Source: Eledone cirrhosa (Eukaryota). Taken from it: a stretch of DNA of 64,000 bases. Position 1 is the first letter of the stretch. Each line of letters begins with the position of its first letter. The notes beneath the pieces were generated by a model. It was not told where the DNA came from and made no database searches. It was given only the letters and a program-made list of their open reading frames with translations. Positions 1 to 14,651 of this stretch are shown here, in pieces. A program made the translations under genes and the position numbers. Location of the stretch: assembly GCA_964016885.1 (NCBI GenBank), contig OZ024751.1:15934001-15998000 (forward strand), written 5' to 3'.

Positions 1-283
1 ACAACACAGTTGTTCCCTTATTGAATAAAAAAAGCCCCACCAACTTACTGTTAAAACGTAGTGTAACAAGTGGTGGTACTATATGACTGAAGAGTGGGTT
101 ATTATGTTGCGGTTTTAAACATAAATCCACCAACTTGAAGTGATATTTCTCATGTATTCAACTTGATGAAAGATTCCCAATACGGCCAGTAGATAGAAAC
201 TATAAATAACTTAGCTGTGATGTCTTCATTTTATTATTCACTTCACTATAATAAAGTCTTTCCAACTTTCTAAACATGATTTA

Positions 284-348
<65 letters not shown>

Positions 349-1135
349 TCATCCATTCATTCACATATCCCCAATATCTCTTTACTCTGTCACTCATCAT
401 GTTAAATTATATTGGTAAATCTTAACACCATATTCACTCGTTACAGAAACATACATAAAATATAAATAAATAGAAAAGAATAGAAATAGATACAGAGAAA
501 ACGTATTGGGTGTATTATTTTTCTTACGTAATACATGTTTCAATCAGGAATTGCTGCGTTCATTTGAGTTAGATATTTGTTTGCGTTATATAAGAAAACA
601 CTATATCTATCAAATCCGACATTTTGTCATAATATATTCCATCATATTCTACATTAATGTGTTTTTCAAAATGGAGTTTTTATCTCCAAATATTTCTGAT
701 ACATACGTATGTTACTTTCTACTGTCTTTTACGTAACTTCTCTGTCATTTTCATTTTAATCCACTGAAAATCTTCGATTAAAACTGGAGGATGTAAAAAG
801 ATTATGTATTATTCTCTACGTATTTTGGTAACTATTTAAAAGTTTTACCTGATAGTTGTGTAAGTTTATATATAAAACTGTTTGCCTTGGGCCAGCTCGT
901 ATAGATAATCCGATAGGATGACTAAATGCATGCCAGACTTCATCATCAAATCATACAAGATAGGATATTTATAGCATACCACATCTATAACTCGTTTATA
1001 AATTCACCAAAGGTTGTACATTATATCTTCTCTTTTGAGACATTAGGATGAGAATCAAGGGATATTTTATGTTCTAACAGGTTGACATACCACACAGAAA
1101 GAGGCAATACTTTATTATTTCCTCTTGTTTTGGCA

Positions 1136-1225
<90 letters not shown>

Positions 1226-1381
1226 TTTGTCCCAATAGCTTATTTTAGTTATTGCTCGCACCAACATGAGGTATATGATTTTTAATGCGATGAAATACCA
1301 ATGATGGTTGGCAAATCACTGACGAGGGACTAATTTTATATGTAACCCATGTGCAACCACGCAGTATTCCTCTTTCTTCCT

Positions 1382-1420
<39 letters not shown>

Positions 1421-1424
<4 letters not shown>

Positions 1425-1555
1425 AATATAAATCAATATATATGATGAAACACAGATACCAACATATCTTTGTTTATATTGCAAAAGGAATTAAGTTAGC
1501 TAACAAAGATATGTTGGTATCTGTGTTTCATCATATATATTGATTTATATTTATT
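1421..1555. repeat. Inverted repeat, ~55-bp arms
   Basis: tgatgaaacacagataccaacatatctttgtt / aacaaagatatgttggtatctgtgtttcatca. Confidence 0.92.
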
Positions 1556-1630
1556 ACACGGCTCAGAAATATTCTTTTCTTTGAGCTATTTTCATTGTAA
1601 AGGAATGCTTGAGATTTGAACTCATTACAC

Positions 1631-1708
<78 letters not shown>

Positions 1709-1721
1709 GTATATATATATA

Positions 1722-1758
<37 letters not shown>

Positions 1759-1771
1759 GTATATATATATA

Positions 1772-1814
<43 letters not shown>

Positions 1815-1837
1815 GTATATATATATATATATATATA

Positions 1838-1882
<45 letters not shown>

Positions 1883-1893
1883 TCGTTACACTT

Positions 1894-1931
1894 CGAGCTG
1901 AGGATGCGCTAAGGTGAAACAATTGTTCCCG
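1894..1931 (+). ncRNA. Minimal type I hammerhead motif (same family as 60884-60921) in a 150-bp insert 1881-2030
   Basis: cgag-CTGAGGA-tgcgctaaggt-GAAA-caattg-TT-cccg, embedded in (TA)n. Confidence 0.68.
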
Positions 1932-2028
1932 GTATGGTGAACTAACTGTTGTGTAACCACTTCAACCTAACTCGTCCCATGGACTGAGTGCTCTATCACT
2001 ACGGATATTAACTTCCAGTGTTCTACCA

Positions 2029-2087
<59 letters not shown>

Positions 2088-2088
2088 C

Positions 2089-2208
<120 letters not shown>

Positions 2209-2308
2209 ATACAAATGAAGTAATTCCGTCGGAAAGGAACAGGAAAAAAGAGTGCTCTATGTAGGCTACAGAGCTTATTAGTTATGTAATAAACAACATA
2301 AGATAACT

Positions 2309-2369
2309 ATTTCATTTACCAGTGGTTTCTTGAAAGCAGATATATCTGTTTTCAGTGGTCAGAATAAAT
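2309..2369 (-). ncRNA. Hammerhead motif, core-mutated copy (CTGACCA) in the 3' pseudo-LTR
   Basis: Reverse-strand copy of 6877-6941 with G8 changed to C. Confidence 0.6.
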
Positions 2370-2892
2370 AAAACATGGCGTTTTTATTAAATATGGATTT
2401 GAAAACAAAATATAAGAAATATGAAAGTGAGGCTGAGGGAGCAACGGGCGAGAGAGAAGAAGAGAAAAAATACATATATATATATATATATAAAAACAAT
2501 AAATATATAAACATACACACACTCAACCACGCGCATATACTTAAAAAGTACGTAGACGTATACTTTATCACATAAGCGTATATGTATCTACATACACATA
2601 CATATACATGTAATAAGAATAAATAAATAATTGAATAAGAACAAAAAATACAAAGTCAAAAATAAAATAAAGACAAAGGATACGTGTTGACAACGATCAG
2701 GGGAGAGGGGGAAAAATAAAAACAATTAAAAATAAACAAATACACGAGGTGTGCATATACATAAATATATATGTATATAAAATATATATATATACATATA
2801 TATATGTATACACACATACACACACACACACACACAAAAACATGCACACATACTCATACACACGTATAAAAACACATACACAAATGTATGTG

Positions 2893-2950
<58 letters not shown>

Positions 2951-3360
2951 AAAATATAAAAATAAAAAAATAAAATAAACACGTACACATCCACATACAC
3001 ATACACACGTATATAAAAACATGCATACACTCAAATATACTAACACACACATAAACTCTACAAAAAAGAGCATTGGTACAAAACCTACGTACAAACGTAT
3101 ACACATGCGTGCGCGCACTCGCACGTAATAAGAAATCAATACACGCATACAAAACCATACGTAAGACAATACAGCCCAAAACAAAAGCATATATACAACC
3201 GCATACACACAACTATATACGTAAACACATACGTAGAACCATATATAAGTATAATATAAACATAAATAAACTCACACACAAAAATATATACATACAAACA
3301 CATACACACACATATACATATATATACACATATATACAAATACGTACACACGCATACATA

Positions 3361-3394
<34 letters not shown>

Positions 3395-3453
3395 CACATG
3401 CATACACACACACATACATACGTACACATACATACACACACACATATATATAT

Positions 3454-3521
<68 letters not shown>

Positions 3522-4053
3522 ACATATACATACGCGCACACATACACACATACACACATACACACATACATACACGTACAAATAAATAATCAAAAATACT
3601 ATAAATGTATGTACACATGAGCCTGTCTGCAAATGCGCCCTCAGACAGCCCTATGTGAGAACATAAAAACCTAGTGGGTAAGTAAGGACTAAAGGACAAA
3701 AGGGGAGTAAAATTGAAATAATAAACACAATCATTAAGAAAAAACCGTAATAAGAAATCCACAAACGCATACAAAAACAAAAGCATATATACAACCGCAT
3801 ACACACAACTATATACGTAAACACATACAAGGAACCATATATAAGTATAATATAAACATAACATAAAATAAACTCACACATATAAATATATATCCACATA
3901 CAAACACATACACACATACAGATATATATATATATAAACACACACATACACACAAATACATACACACGCATTTATATATATATATATATATACATGCATA
4001 TATATATATATATACACACACACATATATACATACATACACACATACATACGT

Positions 4054-4086
<33 letters not shown>

Positions 4087-4163
4087 CATAACGAAGGAAA
4101 TGTGGTAAGGAACCAGATGGACCATAACGCACCAGAGTACTCAATACTAAGGGTAGTAGAGTG

Positions 4164-4202
<39 letters not shown>

Positions 4203-4688
4203 CGAATAACATACACACATACACACATACATACACGTACAAATAAATAATCAAAAATGCTATAAATGTATGTACACATGAGCCTGTCTGCAAATGCGCC
4301 CGCACACAGCCCTATGTGAGAACATAAAAACCTAGTGGGTAAGTAAGGACAAAATGGAAGTAAAATTGAAAAATTAAACACAATTATTAAGAATAGGTAA
4401 GGGAAAAAAAGTGTTGTAATAGGTTTGCGATGAGAACTAGATAAGAGTATCTGGTTAAAGAGTGAACTGAGGATAAAGGTGGTGGGTGTGTATGTGTAAA
4501 GGGTATGGTAGAAAGTAGGGGGCATTATAAGTCAACTGAAAAAAAATTTAAATATTAGGAAAAAAATATTAAATATAAAGAGAGATGGAAGGGGATGAGG
4601 GAGAAAAAGTATATATGGGTAAGAAGTATGAGTTCTTAGGGTAATAATATTCGTGGTGAGTGGAAGGCGTAATGAGTAAAGAAGAAGC

Positions 4689-5771
4689 TCAAGGTGGTTG
4701 AGTCATCGTAGGAATGTCAATCCAGTTAAAAAGAAGATGCGATTTCAGATGTGGACAACATCTGAAGATATCGGTCTTGGAGTTGAGGCAAGTGGAAGGG
4801 GCTTTCAAGTTTTGGAGATTTCTAAATTTTTTCGTGGTGCACAAAGAACATTTCTGTGTGCTCCTTTGGTAGTCTCTTGAATGGTCTAAAATAGACCAAT
4901 CAATAGTGTACGGAATGTTTTTGTCTTTGAATTCCCACACTTTATTTGCGAGCGCCGTTGCTGTTCTTTTTTCAGGGTGTTTAAAAGAAGCGACATGGGA
5001 ATAAAACCTAGTTTTGAATCTGTCCTGGATCATGCCAACATATCTTTCACTCCTGGCTGGCTGGTTATTAATCATCGTTGTCAATTTGGCCTCATACACA
5101 ATGGATTTGGTATTACATTTACCCTGTAATGGGCATTCTTCCGGATTCCTGCAACTGCATCCTGGATTTACTCTCGTACGATTAGAGTTGGTAATTTTAG
5201 TTTTCTTTGATGGACAGCAAGAGTAACTGATTTTGACTACGTTTCTATTAAATATGTTATTATATCTATGATTAGGGGCAAAATGTTTGTCTAGAAGGTC
5301 GAGGAATTTCCTTCCTACATTAGTTTTGATAGTTAGAGAGAAGGGGGTGTAAACCAAATAATTTTTCTTTTCCTGTTATTGTGTTTAGTGTTAGGGGGGG
5401 GGGGGGGGGATAGGTAAATATTTAATATGTTCGGTGAAGGCGTTGTTATTGAGGGCCTTATTATAATCAGCTTTGTTAAAAATGTCTAAAGACGAAGATA
5501 AGGTAGAAATCCTACGGCTAATGTTAGGAATAAAATTGTTTAAGACTACAGGGGGATGGCAAGACTCTTTGTGTATATATCTTAGATTCTCGTTTGGTTT
5601 ATGATAATGTTTAAAAGAGGCAGTAAGTAGATCAAGATTAATATCAAGAAAGTTAGTATTAGTAAGATTCGTATCTATAGTAATTTTAAGGTTTAGGTTA
5701 GCAAAGGTATTGATTAAATCTTTACGGAATTTATCAAGGTTAAGGCCGTTGGTGGTATGAGAAACTGCCAA
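4689..5771 (-). pseudogene. Penelope-like RT C-terminus + GIY-YIG endonuclease, disrupted (Cys-rich, Nematis-like pattern)
   Basis: ORF 5391-5771 has 'TNFLDINLDL...YHKPNENLRYIHKESCHPP...RRISTLSS'. ORF 4689-5357 has 'CSCRNPEECPLQGKC..KSIVYEA...YVGM..RFKTRFYSH...KCSLC...LNSK..IFRCCPH'. Broken near the G-run at ~5395-5410. Clade call is tentative. Confidence 0.85.
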
Positions 5772-6273
5772 ACCGTCGATGACTCAACCACCTTGAGCTT
5801 CTTCTTTACTCATTACGCCTTCCACTTACCACGAATATTTTACCCTATGAACTCATACTTCTTACCCATATATACTTTTTCTCCCTCATCTCCTCCTATA
5901 TCTCTTTATAATTATTATATTTTCCTACTATTTAAATTTTTTTCAGTTGACTTACATTCCCCCCTACTTTCTACGTTACCCTTTACACATACACACACAC
6001 CCACCACCTTTATCCTTTACTCAGTTCACTCTTTAACCAGATATGGTTTTGTATGCGTTTGTTGATTTCTTATTACGTGCGAGTGCGCGCACGCATGTGT
6101 ATACGTTTGCACGTAGGCTTTGTACCAATGCTCTTTTTTGTAGGGTTTATGTGTGTGTTAGTATATTTGGTTGTATGCTTGTTTTTATTTACGTGTGTAT
6201 GCGTGTGTATGTGTATATGTATTCTTGCACGTATGTGTATGTGGATATGTACGCATGTTTACTTTTATATTTT

Positions 6274-6334
<61 letters not shown>

Positions 6335-6876
6335 ATATATATATGTATGTATATACACATACACTTGTGTATGTGTTTTTATACGTGTGTATGAGTTTTT
6401 ATACGTGTGCATGTTTGTGCGTGTGTATGTATGTGTGTATACATATATATACATATATGTATATATATTTTATATACATATATATTTTTGTATATGCACA
6501 CCTCGTGTATTAGTTTATTTATATTTGTTTTTATTCCCCCAACCCCTTCTCTCACTTATCATTGTCAACACGTATCTTTTATTTTTGACTTTGTATTTTT
6601 TGTTCTTATTCATTTATTTATTTATTCTTATTACTCCATGCATGTGTATGTAGATACATATACGCTTATGTGACAAAGTATACTTCTGCGTACTTTTTAA
6701 GTATATGCGCGTGGTTGAGTTTGTGTATGTTTGTATATTTATTGTTTTTATATATACATATGTATTTTTCTTTTTTCTTTTTTCTCTTCTTCTTCTTCAC
6801 CCGTTGTTTCCTCAGCTTCACTTTCATATTTCTTATATTTTGTTTTAAAATCCATATTTAATAAACACACCATGTT

Positions 6877-6941
6877 TTATTGATTCTGACGACTGAAAAC
6901 AGATATTTCTGCTTTCAAGAAACCACTGGTAAATGAAATAA
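6877..6941 (+). ncRNA. Type I hammerhead ribozyme motif in Penelope pseudo-LTR
   Basis: ttattgatt-CTGACGA-ctgaaaacagatatttctgctttcaa-GAAA-ccactgg-TA-aatgaaataa. Helices I, II and III pair; GUA cleavage triplet. Confidence 0.8.
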
Positions 6942-7031
6942 TTATCTTATGTTGTTTATTACATAACTAATAAGCTCTGTAGCCTACATAGAGCACTCTT
7001 TTTTCCTGTACCTTTCCGACGGAATTACTTC

Positions 7032-7119
<88 letters not shown>

Positions 7120-7139
7120 GTGTATATATATATATATAT

Positions 7140-7503
7140 AAATTATTAAAAAAATAATGAATAAACAAAGAAACAATTCCTTATATTAAAAAAATTCATC
7201 ATTTTACGATCGTTTCTAGGATATATATGTGTTAGAGTTGGTATGCATATTCTATAGATCTATGTACAATATTTATACAAACTATCAGAGGGAATATACA
7301 TACCTACACATATATATGAAGACAGCATATATATGTGTAGGTATGTATATTCCCTCTGATAGTTTGTATAAATATTGTACATAGATCTATAGAATATGCA
7401 TACCAACTCTAACACATATATATCCTAGAAACGATCGTAAAATGATGAATTTTTTTAATATAAGGAATTGTTTCTTTGTTTATTCATTATTTTTTAAATA
7501 ATT
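7140..7503. repeat. Near-perfect inverted repeat, ~180-bp arms
   Basis: Arms mirror around gaagacagc at ~7318-7326. Confidence 0.95.
7317..7449 (+). ncRNA. Long-helix-II hammerhead motif, truncated at the core by an inversion junction
   Basis: TGAAGA-cagcatatatatgtgtaggtatgtatatt...aatatgcatacc..acacatatatatccta-GAAA-cgatcg-TA-aaatgatga. Confidence 0.62.
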
Positions 7504-8362
7504 TATCTTGACTCTGTTTTCCGTTTATTTTTCACCGAAAGTAGTTTTTGAATGCATCTTCTCTTTTCATGATATCCGGATTACATTGAGTTCTTCATAC
7601 GGATTGGACACTACCGTAGACTTTTGGTAGATTTATCTATATATATATATATATCAATTTATAAATTTATAAAGTCAATTGGATGTAATATTTAGACATC
7701 TCAATGGAAGATATATTCATAAATTATCTACTCAGAAGCAGAATAAAATATATTAAAACTTAAGCCATGCGGGAAATATAAGCTAGATCGACTAAAATAG
7801 GTCGCTTCTGCAATTCAATTAACCATTTGAAGACATTGGAAGAATTACAATTCCATCATCCGGGCAAGAATTCTTTGGAATAAGAGAAGTTGAATAGATT
7901 TCATGCGTACCATGTTGTTGCCGATAGCATGGTGTCCAATGTGCGGTGTCCGTTAATTACTATATGACTATATCCACTCAAAATATTAGGACAATTTGAC
8001 AGGTTTATATTAATACTAGAAATATTCAGCCAAAACCGCCTGAATCAGTTCAATGGTGGAACAGTTAATACATCTATAAAGTTAATTGTTTATAATACTT
8101 AGACATTTCAATGAAAGGATAAGACATCTTAATAAATTATCTATACAGAGAAGTAAAAAAATATATTAAACTTAAAGCAACATTTCTTTTTGGGGAGATA
8201 TAAACTGGATCCTCTAAAATAAGTTCATGATATCTTGGAATGTTGTTTTTGAATTCCAGAATCCATGGTTGGGAACTAAGTAAAACCGACTTATTTTAGT
8301 CAATCTAGCTTATACGCCCCCACCCCTCGACAAAAAAGATGTTGGTTTAAGTTTTAACATAT

Positions 8363-8395
8363 ACTAGACCACCCCTGATCCTTTGGGTCACGTTC
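8363..8395 (-). mobile_element. Helitron-like 3' terminus
   Basis: Minus strand cgtgacccaaaggatcaggggtggtCTAG|T (imperfect hairpin + CTAG). Extent of the element is unknown. Confidence 0.35.
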
Positions 8396-10624
8396 ACTTA
8401 AAAATATTAAAAAAAATCATATTCAACTAAAAATAATTTTTAGATAATTAAAATATACATAGACATGTATATCTCACGCTATCTTTCTCTCTCTCTATTT
8501 TTGAAAGTACCCGGAAAAATCTCGTATCTCGGGAACCCGTGTTTCGATTTACGTGTATATGTTTACATTTGAATCATCTAACAACGAACTAAATGTATCA
8601 CCTTTCCCATGTCAGTATATTTGACAATTTGAGAATCTAATGCATTCCAGAAATCATTTGTTCTGAACAAGTTAGTATAAATATTTAATAATTTAATTTA
8701 TCGACATCAAAACTAAGGAATTATTGTGTAAATTTTCAGAAGAATTTCTCATTTTTATTTCATATAAGTTTACTATTAAATGATTATGTTGTTTCCAACT
8801 TGTCTTCAACAGGAAGTCTTCCCATCATTTAAAGACAAAATCTATGCATTCATTTCCTGTGAATTGTTTAGCTGAGGAGTATTTCCTGAAATTTTTTATA
8901 TCGTGCATTTTTCGTAAAATTTGTAATTTTCACTAAAAGCTCTTTTGAACACACCCTTTTCTCTATGGCTTCTTTAGTTGGTTTCCTCAATGTATTTCAA
9001 GTCTGTCTTGTAAATTAATCATTCAATGGAAGATTTTATTTCCGTTATTTCTTTATTGTATCTATGATTCCATTAAAGACGATAAAACATTTTAATCCGA
9101 TGATATGTCCACATGTTTTAATGTATTCTCGTCACTATTTGGAAACTCTGTTGGGATTAATTCAGCAAACACTAAATTTCTTCTTTGCTTTTATTTCATT
9201 TTAAACAAGATTTCCTGTACGTTGTATGACTGCTAAGCTAAATAATTTCAATTTAACAATTGATTAAACAACATATAATTCCGGTAGATTTTTGCTTTTG
9301 ATCTTTCGATGATGAAAATGTTGTTTTCGGAATAGAGAGACATTCAATAAAGGTGTTGTTTACATTCGAATTTTTATATTATCTTATATATGTTTTATTC
9401 CATATACTGTTTATGTGGTTATATAGTGCTTTCATTTTCTCATTCTATTAAATATGTTCCATCATTTCACGAAACTTTATTTGAATTTAGATGCGGGTAT
9501 ATTCAAACGTCGTATTTTAGCGTTTTCCGTTCATCTTAAAACTAGTTCAACCCTTGGTATACAGATTTGACAATAAATATGATAAATTCACATGACATAA
9601 GAAAAAATAAAATCCTGCCAAATCAATGGGCGGCAGTAGTTTTAGCTGCACACATCGAAAGACTGGTGTAGTGGTTCTTAGAACAATGCGGCTTTGCAGA
9701 TGATCAATGCAAATTGACAATAGAAAGGTGCTCCCGCTTGAGTTAAAAGAGAACTATTGAGCCTCAGGAGAAGCGGCGACTACTGATTGTATTCAGCAAC
9801 CGAAACAAATATGAAGTACACCAAATCGAATGCTCCTAGGGTCGACCCTGGTTCTTCTTATTTGCGAGTGTAAACTCGGCCAGATTAGAAAATAAGAATG
9901 TTTACACTGAGGGTTTGTGAACTAACAAGTATATATTTGCTGAAGCTTGACCATTTCCATATACCGAAATATTTAATCATAATCTTTCGAGGATCTTCTA
10001 TAGGATTATCCTCTGGCATTTAAAAATCGAGAATAATCTAACGCGATATTTACAAACGGAAACAAAGATAAAATTATCTGTCTACGTTGCTTTTATACGA
10101 ATGCATGTGACTCTAATTATATATACTTCACGTTACTCCAGTCAATTCAGCTGAAAACAATGAGTTGTACCTATGATGCAAACGGCCAGGCGTCTCACGC
10201 AGTGTCTCGAGGGATCGCTCTGAATTGAACGTTACGTGTGCACGTGTCTGTGGAATGCTCAGAGACGTTCACGTTAATTTAAACACCATATATGTATAAA
10301 TACGAGAAGAAATAGGAGTATTATCCGTTTTATGTAGATTAATTCGTGTTTGTGTAAAATGAATATCCGACCCCCCCAAAAAAAAAAGAAAAGAAAAAAT
10401 GGACGAGGCAGCTTACCGGTTGATTGTGCTCAACATGGTCGGTGGAGTTGTGTAACATAAGTATCTTGATGATACGAGATGTGTCATCGAGTATGGTACA
10501 TTGATTCAAGGAAGAATTTAACGGAGAAATTTAAAGTCAACAGGTTACTAGGAAAAACTAGGCAAAAGATTTGTTGAAATTCGAAGATTGATTTATTACA
10601 TAAATCTTTCTTCCAATTTCACTT

Positions 10625-10671
<47 letters not shown>

Positions 10672-10727
10672 AATTAATAAAAACAATGAATAAAAACAAA
10701 GAACAAGTTCCTTATATTAAAAAATTA

Positions 10728-10862
10728 ATCATTTTATGATCGTTTCTAGGATATATATGTGTGTTGGTATGTATATCATATAGATCTATATAAAAATATT
10801 ACAAACTATTAGAGGAAATATACATACCTTCACATATATATGCTGTCTTCAGAAATGATGAA
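10728..10862 (-). ncRNA. Hammerhead motif with very long helix II
   Basis: Minus strand: tcatcattt-CTGAAGA-~100 nt self-complementary insert-GAAA-cgatca-TA-aaatgat. The sister copy at 7317-7449 has GAAA-cgatcg-TA-aaatgatga. Confidence 0.7.
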
Positions 10863-11338
10863 ATTTGTTTATTGAAAAAAAAACCCAACAAAGATTTAAT
10901 ATAAAAGGTCTGTTTGGGAACAGGTTTTGAATTGACCAAAAGAAAAGTAATAAGAGGTCAAGTTGATAGAATAGTAGTAGTAGAAATTTAATTTAGGGGT
11001 AGAGGGGTGCAGACTTATGTTTTGAATAGAAAGAATACTTTGAATGAAAAGAGTACTTTGGGGATGAAAAGAGGTCAAGCCGGTGAAGGTTACACGGAAA
11101 TTTGATGTTATTAAAGAATAGTGTTAAAACCGAAGGAAAGTAAAATGTTAGGGTAAGCGAGAAATACCAATCATATTTAAACCACAAGGAATCTTGTATT
11201 CTGGAGGTATGGTCAAATTTGGACCTGAAACCTTCGGTAGTGCCTTTGTTCCGTGTATGAACATAAATAAATACTGTTATATAATATAATATATATAGAT
11301 TTATTAAAATAGCAGAATAAAGTTTAAGCAAAGAATCG

Positions 11339-11412
<74 letters not shown>

Positions 11413-11546
11413 TACATATATATATGCATATATATATATATATATATACAAGTATATATGAATTTCAGAAGATCTCGTTAAGAGTGAAAGCACCGATTCT
11501 TTGGTTAAACTTTATTCTGCTATTTTAATAAATATATATAATTATA

Positions 11547-11625
<79 letters not shown>

Positions 11626-11659
11626 TATTATATTATATATATATATAAATATATTATAT

Positions 11660-11700
11660 TCTGAAGATCCCGTTAAGGGTGAAAGCAGCGATTCTTTGCT
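11660..11700 (+). ncRNA. Hammerhead-like motif with unclear helix III (second copy 11465-11500)
   Basis: CTGAAGA-tcccgttaagggt-GAAA-gcagcgattc. The sister copy has a compensated helix II (tctcgttaagagt) but a CAGAAGA core. Confidence 0.45.
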
Positions 11701-11813
11701 TAAACTTTAATCTGTTATTTTAATAAATATTTTCTCTACGGTTCTTATATATTTGATATATATTTATCCTTATCGAGCCCTTTTTGGACTTTAGTCTTCA
11801 AATTTATTATTAT

Positions 11814-11861
<48 letters not shown>

Positions 11862-11984
11862 TTTTCCGTAGTGTTGTAATATGAATATTACACACAGTAG
11901 ATGGACAGCTCACGTAGAGTTTGCTCGACGGTTCCAGTTGTAGTTTCAAAAGTAATCCGGAGAAAATAGGAGGATTTAATTCCT

Positions 11985-12023
<39 letters not shown>

Positions 12024-12218
12024 CATTAATAAATGGTACCAAGTTTTGGTACCCTTGAAATATATATAATAGAATAAATATGGTTTTATAAATATAGTTT
12101 CCATTCATTAATATCATTGATATTATACTACAGAAGACTTGTCGAGTGCTTCAAATCAGTTATAAATATATATATATATATTTGTTAAATTACCAACACA
12201 TTAAATATCCCTTTTGCT

Positions 12219-12249
<31 letters not shown>

Positions 12250-12252
12250 ACA

Positions 12253-12402
<150 letters not shown>

Positions 12403-12683
12403 TTATATGTATTCATGATTAACACAAATTTCAGTAAACGTAAACAAAATCAATCGGACAAAAAATTAGCGTTTACATTTGAAACCTCAAACTAAATATA
12501 TAAATTTGTAAATTTATAAATTTATAAATATATAATAAATTGAAGTGAAAGCAACTGGTGCGTGTGTTTCTTATTGGCAACATGACCCTCCCAAAGTATA
12601 ACAATAAATATATAAATATATATATATATATATAGATATATAGATAAATATACACGGGTGTGTATGATTGTGTATAGAAGATT

Positions 12684-12887
12684 ATATTAATAAAAGGAAT
12701 TTCAACTTTGTCTGATTTACTCGTTTTATTTACAATCCTTTAAAATTTATAATGGTATTAGAATGAAATAGTATGGTAGAATATTAAAACATTTAATATT
12801 CTACCATACTATTTCATTCTAATACCATTATAAATTTTAAAGGATTGTAAAAAAAACGAGTAAATCAGACAAAGTTGGAATTCCTTT

Positions 12888-12893
<6 letters not shown>
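12684..12893. repeat. Inverted repeat, ~100-bp arms
   Basis: taataaaaggaatttcaactttgtctgatttactcg...cgagtaaatcagacaaagttggaattccttttatta, centred ~12790. Confidence 0.92.
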
Positions 12894-12941
<48 letters not shown>

Positions 12942-13120
12942 TTGTATGTATATACTTATACATACATACAAATATATATAAATATGCATATATATATATA
13001 TATATATGGATATATATATTTGTATGTATGTATATTTACATATACATACATACACACATATATATATAATATATGTATAATATATATATGTATATATATA
13101 TATGTATATATATATATACA

Positions 13121-13214
<94 letters not shown>

Positions 13215-13306
13215 TAAAAGGAATTCCATAATAATATATGTATATATATATATAAACGGAAAAAATTAAACGAAATTTCATTTGCCACTCTTAGTACATA
13301 CTTATA

Positions 13307-13383
<77 letters not shown>

Positions 13384-13450
13384 TGAATGTGTATATATAT
13401 ATATTTATATATATATATATATATAATATATATGTATGTGTATATATATA

Positions 13451-13486
<36 letters not shown>

Positions 13487-13777
13487 CATATATATGTTTT
13501 GAGGAGGTTTTCATTCTGTGCGTTGGTACCCTTCCCTCACTCTATCTCTCTCCCCCTTCTGTGTGTGTGTGAATGTCTCTCTCTGTTTGTGTGTGTATAT
13601 ATGTGTCTGTGTGCAATAAATATACTGACTTCTACCTCGGAAGCCATTTTAATTTGTCTAATGGAAGCATTTATTCAGTGAAAGTATTCTGTAACTAATT
13701 AGAAATTAGTTGCAGCTTTTACTAATGTGATATATATGAACCGAATGAATGCCGTATCAATCTCGAATATTACGAAG

Positions 13778-14390
13778 TATGTATGTATGTATGTATGTAT
13801 GTATGTATGTATGTATGTATGTATGTATGTATGTATGTATGTATGTATGTATGTATGTATGTATGTATGTACGTATGTATGTATGTATGTATGTATGTAT
13901 GTATGTATGTATGTATGTATGCATGTTTTCTCTTTCTCTTAATTTCGAGTATATTTTTTTGACCGGCCACCTTCCTGGTGGCAAGGATGTAAAAGAAAAG
14001 AAATTGTCATCCCTTGAATTGCAAGAATGTTTTGCAAATTTTGAAGGTGCCAGCTATCGCACCCATTTGTAGACTATGAATTAGGGAGCTGCGCTTTTTG
14101 TCCGCAAATCCAAGTTCAGTCATACTTTGGTCCAAGCGGGTTGGTATATAACCTGTAGCTCGAATAATGATGTATGTATGTATGTATGTATGTATGTATG
14201 TATGTATGTATGTATGTATGTATGTATGTATGTATGTATGTATGTATGTATGTATTTATGTTTGTATGTATGTACGCATGCATGTATGTATGCATGTATG
14301 TATGTATGTATGCATGCATGCATGCATGTATGTATGTATGCATGTATGTATGTATGCATGTATGCATGTAATCATGTATGTATGTATGTG
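13778..14390. repeat. (TATG)n microsatellite split by a ~240-bp insert
   Basis: Direct reading. Unique insert ~13927-14168. Confidence 0.9.
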
Positions 14391-14468
14391 TATATGTGTG
14401 GGTGTGTATGTAAATATTTCTCTTTCTCTCTTCCTCCACCCCATCTCTCTCTCTCTACACACACACAC

Positions 14469-14519
<51 letters not shown>

Positions 14520-14585
14520 AATATATTCTTTTGCTGGTGTCAGTCATTTAATTGCGAACACCTTAACCACACAGCCATGCCTGTG

Positions 14586-14651
<66 letters not shown>

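Larger units (their letters stand above)
2213..7035 (-). mobile_element. Penelope-like element (5'-truncated) with 3' pseudo-LTR and an inverted pseudo-LTR copy at its 5' side
   Basis: Minus-strand RT-thumb and GIY-YIG remnants at 4689-5771. 5778-7035 is the reverse complement of 4708-~4447 joined to ~3160-2213 (e.g. aatgaagtaattccgtcggaaagg at 2215 vs cctttccgacggaattacttcatt at 7011). Both ends abut TA-rich microsatellite. Confidence 0.9.

Noticed and set aside
85-145. CTGAAGA-gtgg...ccac hammerhead-like motif (similar weak cases at ~1319 and ~32107)
   Set aside because: The GAAA box is missing, or helices I and III are unsupported.
8590-9540. Decayed coding region within a possible Helitron
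   Set aside because: No ORF or recognisable Rep/helicase motif could be read.
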